Positions 26,429 through 39,891 of a stretch of DNA of 64,000 bases are shown here, piece by piece. Source of the stretch: Mobula hypostoma (Eukaryota); assembly GCF_963921235.1 (NCBI RefSeq), contig NC_086097.1, forward strand, positions 138,324,001 to 138,388,000, given 5' to 3'. A program made the translations under genes and the position numbers. Below the pieces are notes generated by a model. The model was not told the origin of the DNA. It saw only the letters and a program-made list of their open reading frames with translations, and did not search any database. The stretch's first letter is position 1, and each line of letters begins with the position of its first letter.

Positions 26429-27651
26429 TGGTCAGAGTTGGGCAGGATACCAGAGCCTGGGGCCCAGGTAATTAAAGCCATAACTATATTTGGTGGAGTG
26501 AATAAAATCAAGAGGCCAAAAATGAAAATGCTGATGTTGTGGAGAAGGATATGACAAAGGAAAAGAAGTGAACAGTTATGGAATGGCTTGAATCAGGGCA
26601 AGAATTTTAAATTCATTGCACTACTCAAAATGGAGAACTAAGATATGGATGGCCAGCAATTTTGGTTTTCAAGGTCACAGAGGGTAGAACAATATAAACT
26701 GGAATTAGTCACATCTGTATTACAATGGCAGGTATTAAGGGCTTCATTGTAAATTCCCAAAGGGGAAAGAAATTTTAATAACTGCCAGTTTAAAGTCATT
26801 CACTTCATTCAAACATGTTTGACTTCTTTACGTTATCAAATAATCATCACTGCTTCCAGAGCTAAAAACAAACACCTAGAAATTAAACAATGTGTTTGTA
26901 GTTACAAAAGACACTACAAGGCTCCTGAGAATAGCGGAGGACTAATGGTCTTGAGTAAATGAGGAGCTAGAAGAAACTAGTATTTATTAAAAAATCAGTA
27001 GTGAAATTAATGGAACTGATAGCTAATAATTTTCCAGCATCTGGTCATCTACACCCTACATTATAAGTGTTATTATGGGGATAATGAATTTACCGGTGGT
27101 CACCTTCCAAAATTGCACCAATTCAGAAAGGTTCTCAGATTTGACTGTAGCAAGTATCAGCCCCCCGTCGCTTATAAAAATGCCACCCCCTTCCCTCAAT
27201 TCCTCCGACTCCATGCATCTCCTCCTGGGATGAGGCTTTTCATTTCTGCTTCTCCTTCTCCTCTAGAGAAAGGGGCTTTCCTCCCTCCCTCATCAATGCT
27301 GCCCTCACCCCATTCTCCTGCCACCTCAGAGATGGGGTTCCTCTCGTTCTCACCTACCACTCCACCAGCCTCCACATCCAGCACATAATTCTCCATAACT
27401 TCTGCCATCTCCAACAGGATCCCACCACCAAGCACATCTTTTCTTCACCCCCACTTTCTGCAGGAATCGCTCCCTACATAACTCCCTTGTCCATTTGTCC
27501 CTCCCCACTGATCTCCCTCCTGGTCCTTATCCTTGCAAGCAGAACAAATGCCACACCTGTCTCTACACCTCCTCTCTCACTACCACTCAGGGCCCCAGTT
27601 CTTCCAGGTGAGGCAACACTTCACCTGTTAGTCTGTTGGAGTCATCTACTG

Positions 27652-28417
27652 CAGTGGTCCCCAACTACCGGGCCGCGGACCGGTACCGGGCTGCAAAGCA
27701 TGTGCTACGAGGAACCGATATGATTTGGCGATATGATACGATATGAGTCAGCTGCACCTTTCCTCATTCTCTGTCACGCACTGTTGAATTGAATATAGGG
27801 TTGCCAACTGTCCCGTATTAGCCGGGACATCCCATGTATTGCGCTAAATTGGTTTGTCCCATATGGGACCACCCTTGTCCCATACTTCCCCTGCTAAGGT
27901 ACAGTGTTTCTATGAAACCATTCGTAAGCTGAAACGGCATAAAGCAAAGAAGCAATTATCATTAATTTATATGGGAAAAATTTTTGAGCGCTCCCAGACC
28001 CAAAAAATAACCTACCAAATCATACCAAATAACACATAAAACTAACACTAACATATAGTAAAAGCAGGAATGATATGATAAATACACAGCCTATATAAAG
28101 TAGAAATAATGTATGTACAGTGTAGTTTCACTTAACAGAATCGGGAAGATTAAGACAAAACCGATTTGTAGAGAAAAAAAAATCGGCACATACACGCATG
28201 CGCACACAGGTGCCCGCGCAAGGCTTCATGGTCATGGTAGTCTTTCTCGGGGTAAACACAAGTGGCCCGTATTTGACTGCTACTTTTGACCCTTATTTGT
28301 GAATGAGAAAGTTGGCAACCCTACTTGAACCACCTCCCCCCCCCCCAGTCGGCCGGTCTGTAGGAATATTGTCAATATTAAACCAGTCCGTGGTGCAAAA
28401 AAGGTTGGGGACCCCTG
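27652..28417. mobile_element. Non-autonomous hAT (Charlie/Buster-type) MITE with a perfect 8-bp TSD
   Basis: TIRs CAGTGGTCCCCAAC and GTTGGGGACCCCTG match at 13 of 14 positions. TSD ATCTACTG at 27644-27651 and 28418-28425 has the central TA typical of Buster elements. Confidence 0.95.
27796..28323. mobile_element. Second hAT-like MITE nested inside the first
   Basis: Perfect TIRs TAGGGTTGCCAACT and AGTTGGCAACCCTA. The flanks ATTGAATA and CTTGAACC look like a decayed 8-bp TSD. Confidence 0.8.
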
Positions 28418-29149
28418 ATCTACTGTATCCAGTGCTCCCGGTATGGCTTCCTGCATATCGATGAGATCCAATGTAGATTGGGAGACCGCTTGGTTGAGCA
28501 TCTATGCTCTGTCTGCCAGAAACAGTAGGATCTCCTGGTGACCATGCATTTCAATTCAACTTCCCATTCCCATTCCAACATTCTTTCCAAGGTGTCCTCT
28601 ACTGTCACGATAAGGCCACACTCAGGTTGAAGGAACAATACCTTGTATTCCATCTGAGTAGCTTCCAATCTGTTGGCAAGAACATCAATTTCACGAACTT
28701 CTGGTAACTGCCCCCCCCCCCCCCGTCACCATTCCCCATTCCTATTTTCCTCTCTCACTTTACCTACCCGTCACCTCCCTCTGGTGCTCCTCCTCCTTGC
28801 CTTTCTTCCATGGCCTTCTGTCCTCTCGTATCAGATTCCCCCTTCTCCAGCCCTTTAATCTCTTTTACCAATCGACTTCTTAGCTCTTCACTTCAACCCT
28901 CCCCTTCCTGGTTTCACCTATCACCTTCTATCTTCTACTTCTTCCTCCCACCTCCCCACCTTCTTACTCTGACTTCTCATCTTTATTTTCCAGTCTTCAT
29001 GAAGGGTCTTAGCCCGAAATGTCAGCTGTTTACTGTTTTTCATGGATGCTGTCAAGCCTGCTGAGTTCCTCCATCATTTTTTGTGCGTGCTTTGCTTTCA
29101 AGCATCTGCAGATTTTCTTGTTTGTGAGCCCATATTAACCATTAAATAA

Positions 29150-29600
29150 AGTTCAAAAGTACAAAGTTCAAAGTAAATTTGTTATCAAAGTACATATATG
29201 TCATCAAATACAACCCTGAGATTGATTTTCTTGCAAGGATTTATAGTAGAACAAAGGAATATAATAGAAACAATGAAAAACTACACACAAAGACTGACAA
29301 GTAATCAATGTGCAGAAGATGATAAGCTGTGCAAATACAAAAAACCACAAATAATAATAATAAATGAATAATACTGAAAACTTGAGTTTCCTTGAAAGTG
29401 AGTGCATAGGTTCTGTTCATTGATCAGTTCAGTGTTGAGCTGAGTGAAGCTATCCACGTTGGTTCAGGAGCCTGATGGTGGAAGGGCAACAACTCTGAGT
29501 GAATTAGGTGGTGTGGGACCTAATGCTCCTGTACCTCCTTTCGTTGGAGGCAGCAAGAAGAAAGCATGGCCTGGGTGTTGGGGATCCTTGATGACGAATA
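29150..29600 (-). mobile_element. Rex1/Babar LINE 3' end
   Basis: Begins with an (AAAGTTC)n tail and is approximately reverse-complementary to 24700-25120. Confidence 0.75.
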
Positions 29601-29609
29601 CAAAACTAC

Positions 29610-31700
29610 AGAATAGTTAACCTGATGTCAGTACTGGGGAAAATGTGACACTGCATTATTAAAGAAGTGGCCATACAGCACTTACAAAGTAACAACAGAA
29701 TTGGGCAGAGTCAAAATGGATTTATGAAAAGGAATTCAAACACCAAATCTGTTCAGAGTCTGTAACTAGTAAATAGATGAGGGCAAATCAGTTGATGTTG
29801 TATATTTGAACTTTCAGAAGGCCACTGATAAGGTATAGCATAAGAGATTAAAGCATTAAGAGCAATATCCTAGCTTGGAAGGAAGACTTTAATGGAAAGA
29901 GTGTAGAATATGAATAAACTGATCATTTTTGAGACAGGAAGATAAGACTGGTGGGATAGTAGAAAGACAGTGAATAATCAAGAGAAAATCTGCAGATGCT
30001 GGAAATCTGAGCAACACACACAAAATGCTGGAGGAACTCAGCAGGCCAGACAGCATCTATGGAAAAAAGTACAGTTGATGTTTCAGGCCGAAACTCTTCG
30101 GCAGGACTGGGAAAAAAGAGCTGAGAAGTATATTTAAAAGGTGGGGGAAGGGAGAGAGAAACACCAGGTGACAGGTGAAATCTGGAGGGGAGGGATGAAG
30201 TAAAAATCTAGGAAGTTGATTGGTGAAACAGACAGAAGGCCATGAAAGAAAGAAAAAGGGGTGGGGGGGAAGAGCACCAGAGGGAGGTGATGGGTGGCAA
30301 GAAGATAAGGTGAGAGAGGGAAAAGGGGATGGGAAATGGTGAAGAGGAGGGTGTGGGGGGCTCCCAGAGGCCACCCATTTCAATTCCATTTCCCATCCCA
30401 ATATGTCCATCCACGGCCTCCTCCATTGTTGTGATGAAGCCACACTCAGGTTGGAGGAACACCACCTTACATTCCGTTTGGGTAGCCTCCAACCTGATGG
30501 CATGAACATCAATTTCTCAAACTTCCAGTAATGCCAACCCCCACCCCCCTTACCATTTCCCATCCCCTTTTTCCTCTCTCACTTTATCTCCTTGCCACCC
30601 ATCACCTCCCCTTCTGGTGCTCTTCCCCCCCCCCCGCCATACCTTTTTTTCTTTCTTCCATGGCCTTCTGTCTCTTTCACCAATCAACTTACCAGCTTTT
30701 TACTTCATCCCCTCCCCCTCCAGGTTTCACCCATCGCCTGGTGTTACTCTCTCCCCTCCCCCCACCTTTTATATCTACTCAGCTTTCTTTCTCCAGTCCT
30801 GAAGGGTTTTGCCTCGAAACGTCACCTGTACTTTTTTCCATAAATGCTGCCTGGCCTGCTGAGTTCCTCCAGCATTTTGAAAGATGGTGATTTGGATGAA
30901 GAGATCAAGTGCAACACATCTAAATATTCTGGGGGGGGGGGTAGCATGAATGGTAAAAAGGTGCATGGGTACACTTCATGGGGATTCAGACAGGTTTGTT
31001 GAATAGTCAAGGACGTGGCATTTGAAACACTTTGTGCAAAAATTGTGAGGATATCCAGTAAAAAATAGAAAAGTAGTCTAAGTGAGAGATTTTAAGGCAT
31101 TGGTGCTCAGGGGTACCTAGCTGTCCTTGTACATGAACTACTGAAAGTTCATATGCAGGTTCAGCATACCAACTGCACAACAAAAGGTATGTTGGCCCGT
31201 AGTTTTTAAGCAGACTTGACTACAAGAGTAGAGCAGTCCTGCTCCAATTACATGGAGCAAACTTGAAATACTGTGTCTTGTTCTGCTTGATGAAAGGAGA
31301 TATTTGCAATTAGCAGTGTGTAGTGAGGGTTCAGAAGATTAACTTCTAGGATGGCAGGTTTGACACAAGGAGAGCTTATGCAGACCAGACCCACACTCTC
31401 AAGAACAGAAGAGAATGAGAAGTGATCCCATTGAACCAAGTAATATTTTTACATGGCTTGACAAGGTAGATGCAGGAATGATGTTTCCCCCTACAAAAAT
31501 GGATCACAATCTCAAAATAAGCATTCGGCCATTCAAGGGAGAAAGGAAAGGAATTTGTTCATCCAAAACTACAGCAAATCTTTCGAATTCTCTACCCAAG
31601 CAGAAAGCTCAGTCACTGATTACATTCACAACAAAGATTAGTAGAATTGTAAATATTAAGAGAATAAAGAAATATGGGGTTAATGCAGGAATTTGGGGTT
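29610..31700 (+). mobile_element. Old degraded CR1 LINE, host of the fold-back at 29976-30879
   Basis: Remnants of QSQNGFMK, VDVVYLNFQKA.DKV and ANLSNSLP motifs. Confidence 0.7.
29976..30879. mobile_element. PLE fold-back element (about 0.9 kb) with two inverted 3' ends and degenerate hammerheads
   Basis: The left arm 29976-30360 (minus, 3' UTR) is inverted relative to 30535-30879. The spacer 30361-30535 encodes the GIY-YIG C-terminus on the plus strand. Hammerhead remnants lie at about 30073-30108 (minus, CTGCCGA..GAAACATC) and 30795-30827 (plus, 3-nt deletion). Flanks AAAGACAGTGA and AAAGATGGTGA resemble a decayed TSD. Confidence 0.9.
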
Positions 31701-33650
31701 AAAGTAAGATATCAGACACCTTATCAAATGACTTGTCTCTGCATTTCTTAAGTTTTTACTGCTATCACAAGACGGTGACTTTGACTTTTCAATTTCATCG
31801 TTCATACACTGGTCAGGCATACAGACAATTAAAAACTTTTATAAAGTGACACTAAAGCCATGGTCCTTTAAAGGGGAAAAAAAAGCTTCAAAGCTCCCAC
31901 TGCAAGAAATTGTGGATTCACTAAAGGTCACTTTATCTCTCAATAAAATATCCACATTGTATCTTCTGTGGTGTGTAAAATTATACTTTAGAAATCTATT
32001 TTCTAGCAGTGAAGAGTTAACAGGTTCATTGGCCTCCAGGGAGATTATATGTGGTATATCCACAGATACACAATCAGATGAGTTAACACTGAAAATTGCA
32101 GGACGTTTTTAGCTGAAAAAGAACTTATTTTGAAGATGATTTGGTTAAACATATTCAAGTATAGTTTAAAAACTGTTTCTAATAGTGGCAATTTCCCTGC
32201 TCCCTAGCACACAGAGTTTTTTTTCTCTCTTCAGTCTGTCTGTTTACCTTACAGCAGCTGCCAACATGAAAACTTAATATTCTAAGGCAGCACCAATACA
32301 GGCAACCTGACACAGCAGAAGAAACCATTACAAATTTCTCATATGCCAAAACAAACAAGGCAAAAGGTCTCTGCTTAAAATCGTGCAGTGTTATTCTGCT
32401 ACATGTCCCTTATGGGAATGATTATCAGCAGGTACCTAACATCTGAGCAACTTCCAACACCCAATAATTTATTAAACAAATCTGATCTTAACTGCATACT
32501 AAGGAATCCACAAAAACAAGAGACTGTGAATTCAGGATCAAAACGACAAGGCAGAATGAATGGGGGGCAGGGAGGGGGCATTCTGTCTGTTACACATCCA
32601 CACTGTTGCAGCAGATGTTGTCCAACTTCAGATCTGAAAGAATACCAGAAGGTAATCCGTCTTCATGTAAATCCTGGCCGATAACACACGTTTCATACAA
32701 CTTTTGAAGTACCGTGTTTTATTTGGCATTTGGTTTTGATCCCTTCATCTCTTCACATCTATTTAATCAGGCTGCACTCTGTATTCACGACAGGTAGGAC
32801 AGCTAATCTGGGAATGCAAAATTCAATCTCTTCCCATCCCCCACCCAAACAACTTCCTCCCTTCTACCAATCATGAAGTTTACATGATTATTTGCTTAGA
32901 GGCAATATGCTTGGTCTACTTTCACTCAACCCAATTAGTTTCATCAAGTAAAATTTTCACTTCTTGAATTAACAGAATAACATTTGTATCATGCTAACGA
33001 TATCATGCCATCCAAAACTGGTAGAAACCTATGCAGTGGAAAGCACAAACCAAACATTTACACATGCTGCACAGTTAGTAGTTTATTATTTGCATTTTCC
33101 AATATCACTGACACAACTCTGGAGAATATGTGACGCCAGCACTGCAGACTCCTGCCTTCCATGCTGCTGGGGTCAAGAATGCTTGGCGCACAGCTATCAA
33201 AAGCAAAGTGGCAGAATGCAATGCATTTTAAAGCTCTAGAGCAGTTCTTCTGTTGCATTAACCTCCAACATACAGATTAATTTTGCCTCCACTCCTTTGC
33301 ACAGAGAATGGGACACTTCCCCCAAATAACTCCATTAAATATGTTGACAGCTCTTGCGGGTGAGTCAAGAGATTCATCAACAGCTCTCACTCCTAACACT
33401 GATCAAATAAATTTGGTAAACTTCACTAAACTGAGATAATGCAAGATGTTAATGATAAACAGAAGTTTGAGCTGCAAATTAAATTACAAAACAACAGAAA
33501 TTGAACCAAGGTACTTTGCCAGATTAACACCAGAACTCAATTAATGCTGAAGGCTTCTCTCTTCTACAATAACTATCTGCCCAGCAGTTGACTCGTGTGA
33601 ATAAACATTTGGACTTCCCACAAAATGCACTGAAAGTCTTATTTACTTAC

Positions 33651-33708
33651 GGTGTTTGTTGGATCATCCTGCAATATTCCATCATACATCTTGTTGGCAT
33701 CATCATAC
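33651..33708 (-). CDS. EMC2: EMC2 coding exon (equivalent to human exon 5), 58 nt, encodes (R)YDDANKMYDGILQDDPTNT
   Basis: Minus strand reads atctttcttaag|GTATGATGATGCC...ACAAACACC|gtaagt. Its first G completes the AG|G Arg codon of the previous exon. The peptide matches EMC2 [20 protein letters not shown] (TPR region). Confidence 0.97.
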
Positions 33709-33991
33709 CTTAAGAAAGATTAATTAGTTTATCTAGTCAAATGATCGAGTACTTAGATGCATTAAATATCTCTAAATATCATTTGTCAGGTTCAGATCAG
33801 GTCAATCACAAGCTTGTGCTTGATGTCAAATGCACAAGACCTATTCCCCAATTTCCCAAGTAGCTATTTAAAAGAATCTTTAACCAATAAGAAACATTAA
33901 ATTATAACTTTATAGTGGAAACATATTTTACAAGTTGCACAATTCCCTTACACGATTCCTTCTGTGGCGGAATGCATCAGTTCTCCAGTAC

Positions 33992-34077
33992 CTTTCAAGT
34001 GATTCATATCGCATGCCAGTCAATCGCTTCACCCGGTGGCTGCCTGGAAATTGTTTGCGGAGTTCATGCAGACATTG
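33992..34077 (-). CDS. EMC2: EMC2 coding exon (equivalent to human exon 4), 86 nt, encodes [28 protein letters not shown](R)
   Basis: Minus strand reads ttacaatccacag|CAATGTCTG...CTTGAAAG|gtactg. The peptide matches EMC2 [28 protein letters not shown]. It ends in phase 2. Confidence 0.97.
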
Positions 34078-35929
34078 CTGTGGATTGTAAGCAGCACAAG
34101 TTCAATTCTGCCTGTCCCCCTGACACCCTTTCACTGCAGTTACAGTAAACTGACAGTCAGCCAACAAGAAGCTACACACATCAGTTTGTTAACTAGAATT
34201 TATTAACAGCCAGATAATAGAAAGGCCAAAAAGCCGGCCCTGCCAGCAACACAAACATTGTGAAATGTTACAACAGAAAAATAAATTATGTTTTATTTTG
34301 GATAATGCTTACTGTCATTTCTAAACAATATTGACTTTCACCACTTGCTTTAGATACAAATCTTGATCACATGGAACCCATACACATGCCATCTCCCCCT
34401 CCTTAATAATTAGGCACGAATAATATGGACAATACCAGAGAATTCATTCAAAGAAGAAGCTATCAGTAAAAGTGCATCGACAAACTAATAAAAGAATTTT
34501 TTCTCCCTCAGGCAGTGCAATATCTTATTACGGAAGGCAGAGTCAGATGAACACGGTAATGAGAGGGAAGATGTGACTGCACTGGAGAGGGTGCAGGGAA
34601 GATTGATGAAGCTGTGCCAGGTTTAGAAAGACAGACTGATCAGACTGAAGCTGTTTTCTTTGGAATAGAGGAGGCAGAAGGGAAACTTGATTCACAAGCA
34701 TGTGCTTGATGACAAATGTACACAACCTCAACCGATTTGCCAATTAGCTGCCTCAAAGAGTTTCAAACAACAAGTCCTCCTTAAAACATAATTTTACAGT
34801 AGGGAAATAAACTTATTTCAGAAATGTGCTTTTAACTCTTTCATGATTCCCACTCTTGCCCTTTTGAGTCAATGTGAGCAGTTCTCAGTTCCTTTCAAGA
34901 GCTCGTCAATAGATCTTTCAATAAATCTAAGAGAGGTCAACAAAGGGGAAATATGAAGCACCCATTTCTCTTAGGGGCTCAAAGAACAAGGGGCAGAGAT
35001 CAAACTGGTAGAATTACAGGAGAAGTGAGCAAGTACTTTTCACCTAGCGATTGGGAAGGGCTCAGAATGCTCTGCCTGGAATTTGGTGGTAGAAATAGAA
35101 ATGTTATTACATTTAAGTACTCCGGTGTGTACTTGAAGAGTTGAGATCTGCAGTTCCAGAAGATAGGATGGGCCAGGTACCTCTTTGCAACCACTACAAA
35201 CACCAAAGGTATAAAGGGGCCTCTTCGTCATTGTATATCTTCTGTGAACTTATACTACATATTGAAAGAATAAGGATGAAACTATGTGTAGTCTCCTGAC
35301 TGCTGTTTATGTTATGTAAGATACTGCATAATGCTAGATTATAAATTTATGGTAAAATAGTGCACATGAAATCAGCATAGTATTATCCCCGTGAGTTTCT
35401 TGTGCAGGATAATCCAGTCTCCTAACCCCGTTTCTTTCTTACTCAACTAACAAAGCATTTCCTACTTACAAGAAATCTCGAGAGACTCGAACATGCTCAG
35501 AGCAGAACGTCAACGCAATATTAACATGTGAACATTAACTACTCCCAGGCAGATTTGTTCTGTGCAATGAATGAACAAGCCTCACTTCACAGATACAGAT
35601 CAATGTGATCCAGCCCAACTTCAGTAAACCCGATGGTCACATTAAAACTGTTAAAATTGCTATAAAAATAAATGATATCAGTTCAGTTGTGGAAATGTTT
35701 GCTGTACCAGCTGTGTATTTCAGTTTATCTCAGTGTCAAGATAATTTAAGTACTCAGATTACTTTGGATCAGGGAACTAAAACTGATCAAATACAGGAAT
35801 GGCTAAAGAATAGCCTGAGGCAAGTGTCTGCTCTGAAACCCTTCTGAGGCTATTACAGCAAGATAAGGGGAAAAAAAACAAGCCCTCCCACCCCTGAATG
35901 GGCTCTGTCATTCCATTCAACAATACTGA

Positions 35930-36445
35930 TGTGAAGCAAAATAACAAACTGCTGAAAGAACACTGAACGTCAGACAGCATCTGTGAAGGCAAAATCAATG
36001 GTCAACATTTCGAGTCACGACCGGCATCGGGACTGAGAGTGCAGAGGGAGGTTAGCTGGTGGGTGATAAGATGGAAACATAAGAAATGAAGAAACGGTAG
36101 ACAGGTAGAGGCAGGTAAAGGAGAAGAGGAAGATTAGAGACAGATGGGGGTAAGTGATAGATTGAAATAGATGAGGGAAGGATGATGGGCAGGTGGAACC
36201 AAAAGGGCAAAGTGCAAATTAAGCAAATGAGGAAGAAATCCAGGAAGATTGGTATGACTGAAATGAGCTGATGGAACGATGTGATGGAGGATAATTTGTG
36301 TTGACAATGAGACATGGGGAAGAATGGGAACTGTGAATAAAGGGAGGGAGACAATGGGTGAACTAGTAGGAACGTGAAAGGAACACAAAGTGTGTGAGCT
36401 TTCTGAATTTGGAAAATGTTTGATAATGAACAGCTGATCTGACCT
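35930..36445 (-). mobile_element. Old PLE 3' end with a degenerate hammerhead (about 36000-36035)
   Basis: Minus strand reads AGTC-CCGATGC-CGGTCGTGACTC-GAAA-TG-TT-GACC. The purine-rich body on the plus strand resembles 21300-21550. Confidence 0.6.
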
Positions 36446-37734
36446 AGTCATCAACTCTGTTTGGCTTGGCTACCAATATACTTACCAAACAAATATCTAT
36501 CCTCTAAAGGGAGATGAGGATCTTCACAGATATTCAGAAACCTGAACACATACTCCAATATAGAAGCCTTGGAGTGGATGCTGCGAAGAATTGTTTTAGC
36601 GTTTACAGCGATAAATTATGAGGAAAGGTTGTATAAACTTGATTTAGCATACCCAGAAGTCAAATACATTAATAAGCAAACTGATCAAGGTGTTTGAAAT
36701 GATAGAAGGACACAATAGTAAGGAGCATTTAGACAGGCATATGAGCAGACAGGGAACGGAGGAGTACAGCCATGGGCAGGCAGATAGGATTAGTTTAATT
36801 TGGCATCATGATCAGCAAAGACAGCGTAGGCTGAAGGGCCTGTTCTATGTCGATATGACATTGTAAGCACAGACAAGATATTTCCTCAGGAGGGAAAATC
36901 AAGAATAATGGGAGATACATTACAGCTGGGTCGCTCAGAAGCTAATCAGGAAACATTCTTTAGAAAGGTTACCCTAAATCGGGAGACCAATGAAGCTAAA
37001 AGAAAAATTACATAAATCACAAATCGATTTTTAAAGGTATATGAAAACACAGGTCAGCTCTGAATAGTCTTAAAGAGTGGAATTCTCAATGTTCCTATTC
37101 CTGTACTTCACCAGGTAAGATGCAAGAATAAAAGGTACAAGAAATATTCAAACTGCAGTATCACACACAACAGGTAAAATAATGTTCGATAAAAGGGTTA
37201 AATTAAATTTTCCTTAAGTAATCCTACATAATTGTCCTTCCAAAACAATCTCCCAAATGTCCTAAGCTTGGCTTCCGATCTTCTTAAATAAAAGCCAAGT
37301 GAAGCCACTATAAGCTCATGAGTTCACATTTTGTTTTGAAGTGCGATGGATCTCTTTGTGGGCAACATTCAATGGTCTGGGCAAAAGAGAATTCATGAAT
37401 TTTGTCTTGACATTTAACTTTCAATGTCACAGGTGCCTCTTATTAAACTGAAAGCTGCACAGCTAGGTAGCATTTCTGATTCACTCCAAAGTATAGTACA
37501 TACTAAGTAGACGTTATTCACAGGGTGAAAGCTGTAAATCTGAATCAGCGGTGAACAAACCATCCCCTCCAATTTACAACTGCTCTGACCTGCCCTCCAA
37601 CTATGAACACTAACTGAAAGAACAAGAACAAACTATTTCATTGCAAAGCTTTTGACAGGATTTTACCAGCATCCGAAGTCTCTCGCACAAAGAATGTCAA
37701 TGGTATTGTTTTCCCATCACCCACCCTTCTCTGG

Positions 37735-38650
37735 AGAGTCATAGAGGAAATACAGCGCAGAAACAGGCCCTTTGGCCCAACAAGTCTATGCCAAAATCAT
37801 TTAAACTACTTAGGACTGCTGACCTGCACCTGGGACCATAGCATCCATATCCCTACTATCCAGGTACCCATCCAAACTTCTTTTAAACATTGAAATTGAG
37901 CTCACATGGACCACTTGTGCTGGCAGCTCGTTCCACACTCTCACAAACATCTGAATGAAGAAGCTTCCTCTCATGTTCCCCTTAAAACTTCTCACCTTTC
38001 ATCCTTAAGGCATGATCTCTAGTTGTAGTCCCCCCTAAACTCAGTGGAAAAAGCCTGCTTGCATTTACCCTATCTATACTCCTCATAATTTTGTATACCC
38101 CTATCGAATCTCTTCTCAATCTTCTATTACCTCTCCTGTCGCTAAGGATGCTTTAAATATCTCTGCTAGGGCCCTGGCAATTTCTGCACTTGTCTGCCGT
38201 AGGGTTCGAGGGAACACCTTGAAGGCTCTGGGGATTTGTCCACCCTGATTTGCTTCAGGGCAGCAAACACCTCCTCCTCTGTAATCGGTACAGGGTCCAT
38301 GAAATTGATACCGCTTTGCCTCACTTCTATAGACTCTGTATTCGTCTCCCAAGCAACAGAGATGCAAAGAGTGGATTTAAGATCTCCCCCATCTGTTTGG
38401 GCTCCACACATGAATCACTATTCTGGTCTTACAGAGGACCAATTTTGTCCCTTGCAATTCTTTTGCTCTCAACCTATCTGTAGAATACCTTGGGTTTTCC
38501 CTTCACCTTGTCTGCTAGAGCAACTTCATGCCTTCCTTTAGCCTTCCTGATTTCTTAAGTGTTCTCTTGCATTTCTTGCACTCCATAAGCACCTCATTTG
38601 TTCCTACTTGCTATACCTGCTATGCACCTCCTCTTTTTCTCATAACCTGA
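37735..38650 (-). mobile_element. CR1 LINE fragments (3' end joined to an upstream ORF2 piece)
   Basis: Peptides FFIQMFVRVWNELPAQVV and ITEEEVFAALKQIRVDKSP..AEIARALAEIFKASL. Confidence 0.88.
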
Positions 38651-38742
38651 GCTCATGACAAGTTTAAATAGACTATTGTAGGAAATAGGCTCCAGCTAAG
38701 CTGGTCAGGTAAGGTTGTACATTCAAGACTGATTTGCTAATA

Positions 38743-39172
38743 CAGTGAATTTCGGTTAATTGGGTAATCAGTTAATCAGGGCAGCCTCTTATCTAGGGCA
38801 ACTCTTAAAGAACAAAAAACTTATTGAGAAAATAGCAGTGATTCCCTTCACTTACTTGGGACACTATGCCTCAAAATTGAGGCAGGAGACTGTTGCCAAT
38901 CAAAAGAACACGGCAGCGTACACTGGCAACGTACACAGCAGAAATAACAACTAGGAGCTAATATGCAGTTTTATAGTACTGCAGTTGTTTTGGTAGTGTT
39001 CTAATTTGTTTGCATTTCATTTGAATTCATAATTTGTTATTCAATTAAATGGTAGTTTATCATTTTTATACCTTTTTAACAATTTCCATGTAACTTTGGC
39101 TAATTGGAGCAGCCAGTTAAATGGGCCAAAATGTATTGGTCCCAATGTGTCCCTATTAACCAAAAGCCAATG
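38743..39172. mobile_element. Tigger/pogo-like MITE with TA target duplication
   Basis: TA|CAGTGAATTTCGGTTAATTGGG ... CCCTATTAACCAAAAGCCAATG|TA, an imperfect TIR pair. Confidence 0.8.
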
Positions 39173-39891
39173 TATTGTTTTTGCCCGGCTAGAGAGGCCC
39201 TTGTATTTTAGATAAAACAGAAGCATGAGCTTTAAGATAAAATTATGGAGGAAGGGGAGAAGGGTACACAATCCTACATTTTAGACAGCAGAGCAATAGG
39301 TGATTCACACCAACAAGTCCAACCAACATTTACACTCAACATGCTCAACTCCCACCTCTCTTCATGTCAGCTTGTCAAAAGATTTCCTGCACTGACAATC
39401 TAATCTGTATGTTAAACAGATAAAGCAATACAAACTGAAATTCTAAATGAATTTCATAAACAAGTTCACAGAAGGTCTTCAACAAAATCATACAACTCCA
39501 TTTCTAAAGGGGGCTGTGTGACATCTAATCTACAGTGGGCAACAATATCAATTGTGTCTCTTGGAGTAATATTACCTTCCGGAACTATTTAGCTTCAGGT
39601 TCACAATTCCAACACAAATAATTTACATTCATGCAAAAGCAGATCAACAAAATCCAAACTGAAATTTGAAAATTCTGGGAACAACTGAAGTGCTGCATAC
39701 TTTGAGCTTCAGGTGCTTTTCCTTATTTTTATGTGGCCCTTCAAGACTGTGCATAAACTGCTTGGACATAGCGCTGTGAGCAAGCAAGTCTTCAATAATT
39801 TGCATTTTAGTAAAATTTACACACGTTCAAAAGCCTAAAAACACAGAGAGATAGAACTGGGAAATAACTTCTAAATGGTATCAGTACTTAC

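Larger units (their letters stand above)
27165..29130 (+). mobile_element. Penelope-like element (GIY-YIG region plus 3' end with a degenerate hammerhead at about 28992-29027), interrupted by a hAT MITE
   Basis: Homologous to 21126-22252. VIYC is split by the MITE. The terminus reads CAGTCTTCATGAAGGGTCTTAGCCCGAAATGTC..AGCATCTGCAGATTTTCTTG. Confidence 0.85.
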
